Shown here one piece after another: positions 1 through 10,551 of a stretch of DNA of 64,000 nucleotides. Source of the stretch: Ruminococcus sp. (GTDB lineage Bacteria > Bacillota > Clostridia > Oscillospirales > Acutalibacteraceae); assembly GCA_045604645.1 (NCBI GenBank), contig JAZUOM010000001.1, positions 8,426 through 72,425 on the forward strand, read 5' to 3'. Below the pieces are notes generated by a model. It did not search any database. It was not told the DNA's origin and was given only the letters and a program-made list of their open reading frames with translations. The translations under genes and the position numbers were made by a program. Positions within the stretch are counted from its first letter, which is position 1. Every line of letters begins with the position of its first letter.

Positions 1-459
1 AAAACAGATAACGGTGAAATCGCTGTACAACTTTTACCACAATATTCTTTTTCAGAAATAAAAGATATCATACATAGAAGAATCAAACTAACCTCAAACG
101 ACAATGTTCAGGAAATCTTCACAGGGCTTTTCCACAAAAACATCGGTATTGCACTTTTGAAAGAAAGTAAGATTGATACTGCAAAAAAATCAAAAGACCT
201 TACAAACAGCGAAATCAATACCCTCTCAAACACTATAGACTGCTGGAAATTTAAAACTGAAAAATCAAATGATTTTTCGAATGCTCAGGTAACAGCAGGC
301 GGAGTAACAGGCTCGCAGATTGATACTGTAACTCTTGAAAGTAAGATTGCAAAGAACGTATATCTTTGCGGTGAAGTTATTGATGTTAACGGCGATTGTG
401 GCGGCTTTAACCTGCAATTTGCTTTTTCATCAGGAATGTGTGTTGGTGAACAATTATGA
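1..459 (+). CDS. HI0933/BaiN-family NAD(P)/FAD-dependent oxidoreductase, 5'-truncated by window edge
   Basis: Frame open from base 1; C-terminal motifs AQVTAGGV, LESK..KNVYLCGEVIDVNGDCGGFNLQFAFSSG. Confidence 0.88.
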   Translation, partial: KTDNGEIAVQLLPQYSFSEIKDIIHRRIKLTSNDNVQEIFTGLFHKNIGIALLKESKIDTAKKSKDLTNSEINTLSNTIDCWKFKTEKSNDFSNAQVTAGGVTGSQIDTVTLESKIAKNVYLCGEVIDVNGDCGGFNLQFAFSSGMCVGEQL

Positions 460-2048
460 TAAGGCTGAATAACGTAAGGCTTGATTTAGGGTATACAGAC
501 AGCGATATCAAAAATGCTGTAAAAAAAGAGCTCAGAATAAGCGAAAAAGCCATCAAAAACATTTCGCTGTATCGTCGCTCTGTAGATGCACGACACAAGA
601 ATGATGTGCATTTCATTGCAACACTAGATATAAACGTTAATGTTGATGAAAATGCTGTTCTCTCTAAAAGCAAAAACAAGAACGCCGGTATATGTGAAGA
701 ATACAAATATAACATTCCATATAAAAGTGACCTTAAACAACGCCCTGTTGTAGTGGGTTTTGGGCCTGCGGGTATGTTCTGTGCACTGATACTTGCTAAG
801 GCTGGTCAGCGACCTATTGTTATTGAGCGTGGTGACACAGTTGAAAACCGCACAAAAAAAGTGCTTGGTCTTTGGAATGATTCAGTTCTTGATACTAATT
901 CAAATGTACAGTTTGGTGAAGGCGGTGCAGGTACTTTTTCTGATGGAAAACTGAACACAGGCACTAAAGATTCGCGCTCACGAAATATACTAATCGAATT
1001 TGTAAAGCATGGTGCGCCACAGGAAATACTTTATAACGCAAAGCCTCACATCGGTACCGATAAGCTCAAAGATACAGTTAAAAATATCAGAGAAGATATC
1101 ATTTCTTTGGGCGGTGAAATAAAATTTAACACAAAGCTTGTTAAAATAAATCACAAAAACAACCGTGTAACTTCAATTGTTGCACAAAACGGTAGTAAAA
1201 GCGAAATTATACAAACAGATAATGTTGTCCTTGCTATAGGTCACAGCGCCAGAGATACATTTGAGATGCTTAATAATATGAATGTTTTTATGGAGCAAAA
1301 ACCTTTTTCGGTGGGTGCGAGAATCGAGCATCTCAGAAGCGATATTGACAAGGCACAATATGGCAAGTTTGCAGATAATAATCACTTGGGTGCTGCTGAC
1401 TACAAAATGAATATAAAGTCAAAGTCCGGTCGTGGTGTGTACACTTTCTGTATGTGTCCCGGCGGTGTTGTGGTTGCTGCCCAAAGCGAAGAAAACACCG
1501 TTGTCACAAATGGTATGAGTTTGTTTGCACGCGACAGCATAAACTCAAATTCAGCACTGCTTGTCAATGTATATCCACGTGATTTTCAAAGCGACGATGT
1601 GCTAGCAGGTGTTGAATATCAGCGAAAAATTGAGCGTGCTGCATATAACTGCGGTGGCGGCAATTACTGTGCACCTGTGCAAAGAGTCGGTGATTTTCTT
1701 TGCAATAAAAACTCAACAGCTTTCGGTGATGTTTTGCCATCGTACAAGCCGGGCACCAACTTCTGTAAGGTTGATGACTATCTGCCATCATATATTGCTG
1801 ATGCAATGCGTGAGGGTATCACAGCGATGGATAAAAAGCTCAAAAACTTTGCATCATATGATGCTTTGCTGACAGGTGCAGAAACACGAAGTTCGTCCCC
1901 TGTCAGAATCAAACGCGATGACAGTTTGCAGAGTGTAAGCATAAAAGGTCTTTACCCTTGTGGCGAAGGTGCAGGATATGCAGGAGGAATTATATCGGCG
2001 GCTGTGGACGGTATGAGATGTGCTGAACAAATTTTAATAAACGCATAA
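456..2048 (+). CDS. Uncharacterised FAD-dependent oxidoreductase/dehydrogenase (COG2509-like)
   Basis: GFGPAG dinucleotide fold, FGEGGAGTFSDGKL, FCMCPGG, ETRSSSPVRI, GEGAGYAGGIISAAVDG; ATGA overlap with upstream gene. Confidence 0.85.
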   Translation: MIRLNNVRLDLGYTDSDIKNAVKKELRISEKAIKNISLYRRSVDARHKNDVHFIATLDINVNVDENAVLSKSKNKNAGICEEYKYNIPYKSDLKQRPVVVGFGPAGMFCALILAKAGQRPIVIERGDTVENRTKKVLGLWNDSVLDTNSNVQFGEGGAGTFSDGKLNTGTKDSRSRNILIEFVKHGAPQEILYNAKPHIGTDKLKDTVKNIREDIISLGGEIKFNTKLVKINHKNNRVTSIVAQNGSKSEIIQTDNVVLAIGHSARDTFEMLNNMNVFMEQKPFSVGARIEHLRSDIDKAQYGKFADNNHLGAADYKMNIKSKSGRGVYTFCMCPGGVVVAAQSEENTVVTNGMSLFARDSINSNSALLVNVYPRDFQSDDVLAGVEYQRKIERAAYNCGGGNYCAPVQRVGDFLCNKNSTAFGDVLPSYKPGTNFCKVDDYLPSYIADAMREGITAMDKKLKNFASYDALLTGAETRSSSPVRIKRDDSLQSVSIKGLYPCGEGAGYAGGIISAAVDGMRCAEQILINA

Positions 2049-2050
2049 GC

Positions 2051-2084
2051 AAAAACGCCCTGAATTTTCAGGGCGTTTACTTTT
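2051..2084. terminator. Bidirectional intrinsic terminator between convergent oxidoreductase and addA
   Basis: aaacgccctgaa-tt-ttcagggcgttt inverted repeat flanked by A/T tracts. Confidence 0.8.
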
Positions 2085-5000
2085 ATATTGTGATACAAGC
2101 TGAGTGTTTTATCGAATAGATAAGACATTCTTTGACTTTATAATCAGTGCATTGTTCCATAGCGTCTTTGTAAATTTCGAGCTGATTGTGATACATACCA
2201 TATAAATCCTGTGGGTCTTTTACGTTATCTGTTTTGTAGTCAACAATCACGAGCTCTCCATTTTCTACAAAGGCAAGGTCAACAGCACCCTGAAGGATAA
2301 TCTGCTCATCGCACTTAGTATTCTGTAATTTTTCATCAACTAAGGACGCATTAACCTTAATAGTAAAGCGATACTCTTTCATAACATTGTCGCTATTGAT
2401 ACAACGGCTTATAACATCGCTGTGTATAAATCGAAGAGCTTTTTCCCTATCGATTGACTGTGCCTGAATCTGCGATATAAAGCCTTGCTGACATAATCTT
2501 TCGATTTCAGACTCAATATTGTTCCGTGCACTTGAAAAATCACAAAACTGCATAAATGCATGCAAGGCTGTGCCCTTTGAAGCGGCTGTGAGTTTGCTGT
2601 CGCTCATAAAAGCAGGAGTGTTAAGTATCCTGTCAAAAGCTTTGTCTGATAATTTGTGAGCAAGTTCAGATGCAGAAACCTTTGACGGGATGTTTCTCAA
2701 TGCATCGTTTTTGTAAACAAAAGACGTCCTTTTGTTCAAGGTATCAACAACCAGATTATCACCATCAACAGGTTTTATGCACTCATTTACAGCATATGTT
2801 TCTTCTGCTAAAGATTCAGTATCAGCATCAACAACCTGCACATCAAATTCAAAATCCGCACTATAGTCTGGTTTGATGTCACAATTTACAAACTGTCTTA
2901 ATTCTTCTCCGTCAGGGTGAAGCATCGCGCACATAGTTATCCACTCTGACAAAATACTGCTGTTTCTTATAACAAACGGCATTATGCTTTTGCTGATAGT
3001 TAGCTTTGAGCTTACTCTTTTGAGATAACTTTCAATATTATCGTGGCTTGAAATCATAATAAGCTTTTGCTTTGCACGTGTCATAGCAACATAAAGAACA
3101 CGCAATTCTTCGCTTTTTTCATCACGTTTGAGCGCCAAAGAAACAGCTTCTCTCGGCATTGTAGAAACAGTTGCGTTTATATCCTCTATTTTTTGCTTTA
3201 CTGCAATACCAAGCTCTGAGTGCAAAAGTACGTTTTCTTTTGTATCAGTAACAAATTTTCGCGCTGTGTTTGCTAAAATACAAACAGGAAATTCGAGTCC
3301 TTTGCTGGAGTGAATACTCATTACACGTACAGCGTTGTGTGATGACGCAGACAAGTCCGCAGCACCTGCAATATCGCTGTCGTTATCTCTCAAACGCTTT
3401 ATATATGATACAAATCGTGAAAGCCCCTTGCCCACTCCTGATTCAAAATCTTTTGCATATTCTTTTAAAAGTCGCAAGTTACTGATCGCAAGATCGTTTT
3501 GACTGGTAGCAGACACTATCGACATATAACCTGTACGCTCGTAAATTGTATTAATCAGGACACTTACTGGTGTTGTGACACTTAAATCACGATAAAAAGC
3601 CAGTTCGTCTAAAAGATGCTGGCATTTTATGTTACCGCAAGCTGCTTCTTTCATAACAGATTTGTACAGTGGACATTTTTTGTTTTCGGCTCTGATTTGT
3701 GCCAGATCGTCAGGAGTAAAACCAAAAATCGGACTCATCATTACTGACAGCAACTCAATATCAAGCATCGGGTTGTCGATAACACTCAACAGATTAGTCA
3801 TAACCATAATTTCATGAGCATTAAGAAAGCTGTAGGTGTTCTCGCAGTATGCAGGTACAGAGCACGAAATCAAAGTGTCAACGTACACGTTAGCGTGTTC
3901 TTTTGCACTTCGCATCAGAATAGCAAAATCGCCGTAGGTGACGCTTCTGTATGTATCGCCGTCTTTCACCTTGTATCCATCTTTTATCATTTTGAGGATA
4001 AGAGATGCAATATATCTTGCTTCAATAATATCCGGGTTTGCTTTTTCGTCTTTTGTGTACGAAAGCATATGATAGCAAGTTGATGGCTCGCTTAAAGTTT
4101 CATACTGAGCACCGCATTTAAGACTTTCGTTGTCATCATACACAATATCGCCTACACTATCGGACATCAGTTTAGAAAAGAAAAAGTTAACTGCACTTGT
4201 AACACCTGAGATACTCCTGAAGTTTTTGTCAAGGAATATTTTTGCAGGAAAAACAGGTTGCTTTTCATCATAAAATACAGATTTTTCTTTTCTGTTTATG
4301 AAAAGTTGTGGCATCGCCTGTCTGAATCCGTAAATGCTCTGCTTTACGTCACCTACAAAAAAGAGGTTTGTGTTGTTTTTGCTAAGTGCTGAGAAAATCA
4401 GGTCCTGTGCCTCGTTTGCGTCCTGATACTCGTCAACCATAATCTCATCAAAACCTGACTGCAACTTGTATGCAACATCAGTAGGAGTCATAGTGTTTTT
4501 ATCAATCAACAGTTTTATTGTCCAATGCTCCAAATCAGGATAATCGGCGATTTTTTTGACTGCTTTGAGTTTCTGATAATTGTCGCTAAACTGTTGCACA
4601 CAATTAAAAAGCTGATGAGAAACAACATACAAATCAGCGACTTCTTTGTGACAGTTATCAATATCATACATAAACAAATCACACAGATTTGAGACAGTGC
4701 TCTTGAATAGTTTTCGGTTTGATTCAATCAGGCATTTGTAATAATTGTCTTTGTATCCCTTGATTGTTGGCATTCTGCCTTTATCAAAACTTTTCAGTGC
4801 AACTGAAATGCTGTGCTCTTGTGGGTTGTTGACTGCTGTTTGTAGTCTGAAAAGAAATTCTTTGTCACTATTAAGCAACGGCGATACGGCATCTTTGAGC
4901 TTGTCGTCATATGATGCCAAATCAAACGACGACTCAAGAAGCGAAGTCAAAAACTCGCACGCTTGTTGTGCATACGACAGTATAATTTTGCCCCATACAG

Positions 5001-5622
5001 AGTCATTGAGAGTATCAAACTGCGAAAACATCTGAAGTTTTTTATCAATCCACAAATCAGGAAACGGATGTGAGCGCAGAAAAGTATGGATTTTAAGTAT
5101 AGTTTTTTCGAGTGCAGAATCGTCTTTTGTACCGCCAAACGCTTCTACAAGATGAAAAAAGTCAGGTTCGGCACTTGCATACATAGAGTCAAGTGTCAAT
5201 TTCAGTGCATCATTTTTGATTAGTGCCAGTTCACTTTCATCAGCAATCCTGAAATTTCTATCAATATCTAGAACATAAAAATACTCTTTTACAAGTGAAG
5301 AGCAAAAGCCGTCAATGGTAGAGATGTGCGCCTTTGACATAAGACTTTGCTGACGCAACAACTGCTTGTTAAAGGGGTCTTCCTTGATAAGTTCAGTAAG
5401 TTTTGCATTTAGTCTTTCTTTAAGCTCTGCTGCTGCAGCACGGGTATAGGTTACAACCAGTATTCTGTCTGCATCAACAGGGTTTTCTTTGTCTGTAATG
5501 CGCTTGATAACACGCTGTACAAGTACTGCGGTTTTTCCGGAGCCGGCGGCTGCAGAAACGATGACAGAGCCGCCTTTAGCGTCAATAGCCTGACGCTGAC
5601 TGTCAGTCCATACTCTTTTCAT
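2083..5622 (-). CDS. addA: ATP-dependent helicase/nuclease subunit A (AddA)
   Basis: Start MKRVWTDSQ at 5622 with AGGAGG RBS; SAAAGSGKT, DEYQD, VGDVKQSIYGFR, SIHSSKGLEF, LYVAMTRA, C-terminal nuclease QGAVD...IVDYKT. Confidence 0.96.
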   Translation of the reverse strand: MKRVWTDSQRQAIDAKGGSVIVSAAAGSGKTAVLVQRVIKRITDKENPVDADRILVVTYTRAAAAELKERLNAKLTELIKEDPFNKQLLRQQSLMSKAHISTIDGFCSSLVKEYFYVLDIDRNFRIADESELALIKNDALKLTLDSMYASAEPDFFHLVEAFGGTKDDSALEKTILKIHTFLRSHPFPDLWIDKKLQMFSQFDTLNDSVWGKIILSYAQQACEFLTSLLESSFDLASYDDKLKDAVSPLLNSDKEFLFRLQTAVNNPQEHSISVALKSFDKGRMPTIKGYKDNYYKCLIESNRKLFKSTVSNLCDLFMYDIDNCHKEVADLYVVSHQLFNCVQQFSDNYQKLKAVKKIADYPDLEHWTIKLLIDKNTMTPTDVAYKLQSGFDEIMVDEYQDANEAQDLIFSALSKNNTNLFFVGDVKQSIYGFRQAMPQLFINRKEKSVFYDEKQPVFPAKIFLDKNFRSISGVTSAVNFFFSKLMSDSVGDIVYDDNESLKCGAQYETLSEPSTCYHMLSYTKDEKANPDIIEARYIASLILKMIKDGYKVKDGDTYRSVTYGDFAILMRSAKEHANVYVDTLISCSVPAYCENTYSFLNAHEIMVMTNLLSVIDNPMLDIELLSVMMSPIFGFTPDDLAQIRAENKKCPLYKSVMKEAACGNIKCQHLLDELAFYRDLSVTTPVSVLINTIYERTGYMSIVSATSQNDLAISNLRLLKEYAKDFESGVGKGLSRFVSYIKRLRDNDSDIAGAADLSASSHNAVRVMSIHSSKGLEFPVCILANTARKFVTDTKENVLLHSELGIAVKQKIEDINATVSTMPREAVSLALKRDEKSEELRVLYVAMTRAKQKLIMISSHDNIESYLKRVSSKLTISKSIMPFVIRNSSILSEWITMCAMLHPDGEELRQFVNCDIKPDYSADFEFDVQVVDADTESLAEETYAVNECIKPVDGDNLVVDTLNKRTSFVYKNDALRNIPSKVSASELAHKLSDKAFDRILNTPAFMSDSKLTAASKGTALHAFMQFCDFSSARNNIESEIERLCQQGFISQIQAQSIDREKALRFIHSDVISRCINSDNVMKEYRFTIKVNASLVDEKLQNTKCDEQIILQGAVDLAFVENGELVIVDYKTDNVKDPQDLYGMYHNQLEIYKDAMEQCTDYKVKECLIYSIKHSACITI

Positions 5623-8600
5623 CGTAATTGACCTCCTCTGCTCTGAGTTTGTTATACACATCTGCCTTGCTGTATTTTTTGACCTGTGTACATGGGTCGT
5701 CGTCACGATACGCACACACGCTGATATACGGACACCACTTGCATGCGTCATACTCGCCTTTTGCAGGGTGTGAATCTATATCACCATCACAAAGCGAAAG
5801 TGCCATCTGTTTTATGGATTTATCTACCTGTGCAAAAAGCATACCGAATTCTTCTAAAGAAGCAAGGCTACCCATACGGTCAGACACCTTGTCGCCGCTG
5901 ATGCTTACAGGTATATAGACACCGTCTGCCTTGCTTTCCATACCTGTGATTACATCAACATCATCAAGGATAATACCGTGCATTCTGCTGTCTTTTTCTG
6001 CTTCTTTTTTTGCACTTTCAACAGTAACACCGGATGACAACTTTAAAGTAGGGGCTACCGCCGGTACATACAGCACACCAGCAGGAGTCAGTTCGCTGTT
6101 AAAATACTCACTTGCACCACTGTTGATTGCTGACATATAAATGAGCATCTGCAGATTAATTCCGTACAAAACGTCGGACAAACAGTATTTTTTTGTACCT
6201 GTTTTGTAGTCGATAACACGGATATATTTTTTGTTTTCGTGTTCCATAATATCGACACGGTCAACCTGCCCCATAATACTAACTGTGATATCGTCACTTA
6301 CCTTAAGATTGTAGCAAGGTATATCCTCGCCGATTTTAAGCTCAAAATCAGTTGGTCTAAAGCTTGATTGAGCAAATTCTTCACACAGTCTTTTGAGTAT
6401 TTTTGTAGCAGTTGTTTTTATCCTGAAATACAGATACAGAAAACGACTTGTCTTGTCTTTTACACCACCAAGGTGTTCGTTTGCGTACTGCTGTAGCAAA
6501 GACGAAACTTCTGCCTCAATAACGCTTTCTGTTATTTGCGAAAAATCATCGTTTTTGTGGTTTTTAATAAACTCTTCAAGTAAAAAATGCATCAATGTAC
6601 CGTATTCAAGAGAGTCGATTTTTGCCTGTCTGCGCTCTGATACCTTGAGGCCGTATTTGCAAAAATACTCAAATTTGCACATATGAAAAACTTCCACCTG
6701 AGATGCAGACAGCTTGAGATCAGTTGAGAACAATTTCTGAGCAAGTTTTTCATCGGTAATTTTCTTTTTATCTCTTTTTAACTCCTTGTCTATTGCGTTG
6801 ATAATAGCAGAGTAGTTACTGTTATCGCTGAAATATTCTTTGAGTTTTAAGATATCGGGATTGTCAGATTTATAGTTGCGCACATAATAATCAAACGCCG
6901 CTCTGTCACACCACAAATAATCAAAAATTGTATTATCATCAGCGCTGAACAAAGGGATATTTTCGAAAATATCAGGAAGCATAGTCACAATTACTGACGC
7001 AAGACATCTTGTGCCACTAAGCGAAAAATTATAGAAAGAAATAAACAATTTTTCGCTGGCACTGGTGAGTGCTTTATACGCAAGGTACTTTTCGGTTGGG
7101 ATAAGCTGCTCTATAGAATCAGACATGGTAAGCCCGTAAGAGTTAAGCAAGTTGCGCTCTGCGTCAGAGAAAACACCGGACTCTACCGGCATATGCGGAA
7201 ACTCACCATCGATTGCACCGATTACAAACACAGCCCTTTTATCAGTAAGCAAAGAACGGTCAGCACAAGCGACATCAACCTGATCTACGCTTTTTGGAAT
7301 AAACGAGATATCTGTGTTCAAGAAATTAATATGTAAAAGTTCTGAAAATCTTTTTGCAGAAATGCTGTAATCGCCTATAACCAGCACCATTTTATCGAGA
7401 ATCTCAACAAAAATATTGTAAATACGAATCTGCTCGTTGCACAAATCAAGTGCGCCGTCTTTTTCAAGACTGTCACAAAGTGCGAGCAGGTTTTCTTTGC
7501 AATTAAGGCGATAAATAAGCTTTATGAGCGCTTTTGATATATTAAGTGCAGTTGTATCCTTTGTGTCATAATAAAACGATTTCAGGCTATCTATGACAGT
7601 TTTGCGGGTGTTTTCTATTTCACTTAGCAATTTAATATCACTGTCTGTGAACTCTGACACAAAGCCACGCGGATTCAGCGTGAACTCATCAAAGAGTTTT
7701 TTGCCTGTTATGTCCCAAGTGAAAAGATAGTTTTCAAAGTCTGAAATCTGCTCTACTGTGATATTTGTAAGGTCGGTTTTGAGCAATGACAGCACGTCTT
7801 CTTTATCAAATCCACCTGTAATAACATCAAAACATGCCATTACAAATTTTATGAACGGCTTTGTGTCAATGTCCTGTGGCTTGTCCATAAAATAATTTAT
7901 GTCGTATTTATCAAACACAGTATCAAGCACACCAAGATACTTGTCGCTGTTGCGTGTTATAACAGCGATATCTTTGTACTCATAGTTTTCTTCTATAACA
8001 AGTCTTTTGATATTACGGGCAACATAATCTGCTTCATCATAAATACTCTGTGCCTGATATACACTAAGCGCATTACCACAAAACTCGTGTTTTTCACAGT
8101 TAATGCGGAATATATTTTCGTCAAATGATTTTAGCTCTTCTGATAAAAACCTGTGATTATCATATAACATTACCGGTTTGCTGACTGATATGCCGTTTTG
8201 TGTTGCAATTCGTGTAAGACGTTTTTTTGTACGCTCTGACACATAAAACAGGTCGCCGTTTGCTCCGTTTAAATCATCACTTGTGAGTGCGACGTACATA
8301 TTCTTACATTGCATCATAAGTTGCGAGAGCACATCATACTCCGCAGTTGTAAAGCCATAGAAAGAGTCAACCGCAATAGTATAGTTTTCAAACAAACGCT
8401 CTTTTTCAATAACTGAGCATATGTGTGTAAGTGAATCAAGCGGGTCAATATAACTTTTTGACAAAATTGCGTCATATGTTTCATAAAGCAGAGCACTTTC
8501 GTACAGCTTCTTTGATAAAGTATTGTCAGATATTTTTTCAGACGCTTCATAAAGCATCTTTGGTGTAATAGAGCATTTTTTATACTCCTTGACGCAATTA

Positions 8601-8962
8601 AGCATAAGCTCGCTAAGATCAGTAGAAGCAGCACGCTTTGAAAACAAATCAAGCTTGTCCCCCACCTGCTCAACAGCGATACTCATAACCATATTGCGGA
8701 TACCCTCGTCGGCAAAAGACATAAATCTGTTTCCGCTTTGTTCAAAAACATAGTCACATAAGCGCGAAAAACCAAACACCTTGATATTTTGCGAAAGTTT
8801 TGGACCAAGCATCTCCAAAAACGCTTTTTCTGTAGCAAAAGAGCTCTGGTCAGGGACTATGAACATCAAATTTTTGTCACCATCATTAACCAGTTTTACA
8901 AAGGTGTCGTACAAATATTTTGTTTTTCCCGTACCTGATGTACCAAGAACAAAATTCAGCAT
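5603..8962 (-). CDS. addB: ATP-dependent helicase/nuclease subunit B (AddB)
   Basis: Start MLNFVLGTSGTGKT; VPDQ; SASQVE..C; GQVDRVD, IDYKTG, QMLIY nuclease motifs; Fe-S cysteines CKWCPYISVC; overlaps addA start. Confidence 0.94.
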   Translation of the reverse strand: MLNFVLGTSGTGKTKYLYDTFVKLVNDGDKNLMFIVPDQSSFATEKAFLEMLGPKLSQNIKVFGFSRLCDYVFEQSGNRFMSFADEGIRNMVMSIAVEQVGDKLDLFSKRAASTDLSELMLNCVKEYKKCSITPKMLYEASEKISDNTLSKKLYESALLYETYDAILSKSYIDPLDSLTHICSVIEKERLFENYTIAVDSFYGFTTAEYDVLSQLMMQCKNMYVALTSDDLNGANGDLFYVSERTKKRLTRIATQNGISVSKPVMLYDNHRFLSEELKSFDENIFRINCEKHEFCGNALSVYQAQSIYDEADYVARNIKRLVIEENYEYKDIAVITRNSDKYLGVLDTVFDKYDINYFMDKPQDIDTKPFIKFVMACFDVITGGFDKEDVLSLLKTDLTNITVEQISDFENYLFTWDITGKKLFDEFTLNPRGFVSEFTDSDIKLLSEIENTRKTVIDSLKSFYYDTKDTTALNISKALIKLIYRLNCKENLLALCDSLEKDGALDLCNEQIRIYNIFVEILDKMVLVIGDYSISAKRFSELLHINFLNTDISFIPKSVDQVDVACADRSLLTDKRAVFVIGAIDGEFPHMPVESGVFSDAERNLLNSYGLTMSDSIEQLIPTEKYLAYKALTSASEKLFISFYNFSLSGTRCLASVIVTMLPDIFENIPLFSADDNTIFDYLWCDRAAFDYYVRNYKSDNPDILKLKEYFSDNSNYSAIINAIDKELKRDKKKITDEKLAQKLFSTDLKLSASQVEVFHMCKFEYFCKYGLKVSERRQAKIDSLEYGTLMHFLLEEFIKNHKNDDFSQITESVIEAEVSSLLQQYANEHLGGVKDKTSRFLYLYFRIKTTATKILKRLCEEFAQSSFRPTDFELKIGEDIPCYNLKVSDDITVSIMGQVDRVDIMEHENKKYIRVIDYKTGTKKYCLSDVLYGINLQMLIYMSAINSGASEYFNSELTPAGVLYVPAVAPTLKLSSGVTVESAKKEAEKDSRMHGIILDDVDVITGMESKADGVYIPVSISGDKVSDRMGSLASLEEFGMLFAQVDKSIKQMALSLCDGDIDSHPAKGEYDACKWCPYISVCAYRDDDPCTQVKKYSKADVYNKLRAEEVNYDEKSMD

Positions 8963-9023
8963 AATATACTCCAAAATTTTAATAATGTAATTGTAACACA
9001 AACAATGTCCTATAAATAGTACA

Positions 9024-9614
9024 TTAACGGAATAATGAAATAAATTTTTCGTAGCACTCAACTATTTTAAACCTGAACACAAATTTCTCTGTTGTAACAA
9101 CATCGTATTCATTCTGTGACAAATCTTCTTTCATACTCTGACTTGTAGACGCACCAACGCATAGCGTCGGATACATAACACACCACCAGTTTTTGCCCTG
9201 TGCACTGCCTATTTCGATTTGCAGCGTATCATAGTAACCTGCAGGCATAGTAAAATCCTCATAATATCTTGTGTCAAAATAGATGTTATTTAGTTTAACT
9301 TTCACATCATAATTACAGCCATATTTATCTACTGTCTGTTGCGCTGTTTTTTGTATAAAATAAAGGTTATCTTTTGTTACTGATAAAGCCTCTTCTTTTG
9401 TTTTTACACAGTTATACAAGCAAGATGATTCTTTTAACACGGTGTCACGGACATCAAGCTTCATTTTCTGGTCAAAATCGCTGTCAGAGTTTGCGAGTAT
9501 ATGTAGACGCAACACATCTTTTTGAAGCGATTTACAAGTATTATGAAAAGGTACAATAGCAATCAGCACTGCAATAACCGCTACAAAAACCAGTATTTTC
9601 ATAAACATTTTCAT
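9024..9614 (-). CDS. spoIIR: Stage II sporulation protein R
   Basis: Signal peptide, RLHILANSDS..DQ..KL.VRD, PAGYY, G.NWWCVMYP.LC. Confidence 0.93.
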   Translation of the reverse strand: MKMFMKILVFVAVIAVLIAIVPFHNTCKSLQKDVLRLHILANSDSDFDQKMKLDVRDTVLKESSCLYNCVKTKEEALSVTKDNLYFIQKTAQQTVDKYGCNYDVKVKLNNIYFDTRYYEDFTMPAGYYDTLQIEIGSAQGKNWWCVMYPTLCVGASTSQSMKEDLSQNEYDVVTTEKFVFRFKIVECYEKFISLFR

Positions 9615-9616
9615 AT

Positions 9617-9674
9617 AAAAAAACCTGCCTTATTCAAGATAACTTGAGTATAGGCAGATTTTTATGTTTTAAAC
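9617..9674 (-). terminator. Terminator-like hairpin after ispE overlapping a putative sigma-F promoter and the spoIIR RBS
   Basis: Minus strand aaaaatctgcct-atactcaag-ttat-cttgaata-aggcagg-ttttttt; GTTTA(9670-9674)-N14-GCCTATACTC(9646-9655). Confidence 0.6.
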
Positions 9675-10550
9675 AATTTTGCATCCGTGTTTTAAAGGCT
9701 CACAAACATATAACTTGTCGTAATTGCTGCTCATAAGTTCCTTGCATCGCTCGGCTTTTTTCTTCTCTAAAAAAATTCCAAATACAGCCGACCCTGACCC
9801 GCTCATACACGCGCCAAGAGCTTTGTTTTTCATCATATCCTGCTTGATAGATTTAATCTCTTTTAGTTCCATTACAGCCTCAAACTCGTTGTAAAGGCAG
9901 TGACAAACACCTCTGAGATTACGCTTGTATATCATTTTTACTACTTCATCAGTAACAATAAAGCCTTTTGAGTTTTTGCTGTCAGCCAAAGCATAGGCGT
10001 GAGCTGTAGAAACGTTTACATCAGGTTTGCAGATGAGTATACTGCACCTGGTAATAGACGGAAGTTTTAACAGCTGTGTGCCTGTTTTCTGAGCAAGGCA
10101 AGTGCCACCAACTATGCAAAACGGTACATCAGCACCAACTCTCTCGCCAATTTCACACATCTGTTGTGATGTGAGTCTTGTATCAAAAATACGATTTAAT
10201 GCAATTATCACGGCTGCAGCATCTGTGCTGCCACCTGCAAGACCTGCCTGGGAAGGAATTTTCTTTCTGATGTCAACCATAATCTTTTTGCGCTCACATT
10301 GAGTGAACTTAAAAAACTCATTTGCTGCTTTGCATACAATATTTGAATCATCAGTAGGTATATTATCAACATCACAACTGACTAAAACATCGGTGTCAAT
10401 GTCATCATTGCGCTCATCGCTGACAAAAACGGTATCGCACAGCGACACAGTCTGCATAACCATAGCAACATCGTGATAACCATCAGGTCGTTTTCCTACT
10501 ATATCGAGTGACAGATTTATCTTTGCAGGTGCTAAAACTTCAAGCTTCAT
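9669..10550 (-). CDS. ispE: 4-diphosphocytidyl-2-C-methyl-D-erythritol kinase
   Basis: APAKINLSLD, GYHD, IPSQAGLAGGSTDAAA, GADVPFC, MSGSGSAVF. Confidence 0.96.
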   Translation of the reverse strand: MKLEVLAPAKINLSLDIVGKRPDGYHDVAMVMQTVSLCDTVFVSDERNDDIDTDVLVSCDVDNIPTDDSNIVCKAANEFFKFTQCERKKIMVDIRKKIPSQAGLAGGSTDAAAVIIALNRIFDTRLTSQQMCEIGERVGADVPFCIVGGTCLAQKTGTQLLKLPSITRCSILICKPDVNVSTAHAYALADSKNSKGFIVTDEVVKMIYKRNLRGVCHCLYNEFEAVMELKEIKSIKQDMMKNKALGACMSGSGSAVFGIFLEKKKAERCKELMSSNYDKLYVCEPLKHGCKIV

Positions 10551-10551
10551 A

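Noticed and set aside
5623-5751. Extended N-terminus of addA in the ORF track (likewise extended starts for addB, nadE, the sugar transferase, DUF1643, tlyA and the PHP gene)
   Set aside because: Downstream ATGs coincide with the family N-terminal motifs and in most cases have a clear RBS; the extensions overlap neighbouring genes or promoters
2083-8962. Helicase plus PD-(D/E)xK nuclease pair as a defence system or Cas4-like module
   Set aside because: Size, motif order, Fe-S cysteines and tandem arrangement match the housekeeping AddAB recombination complex
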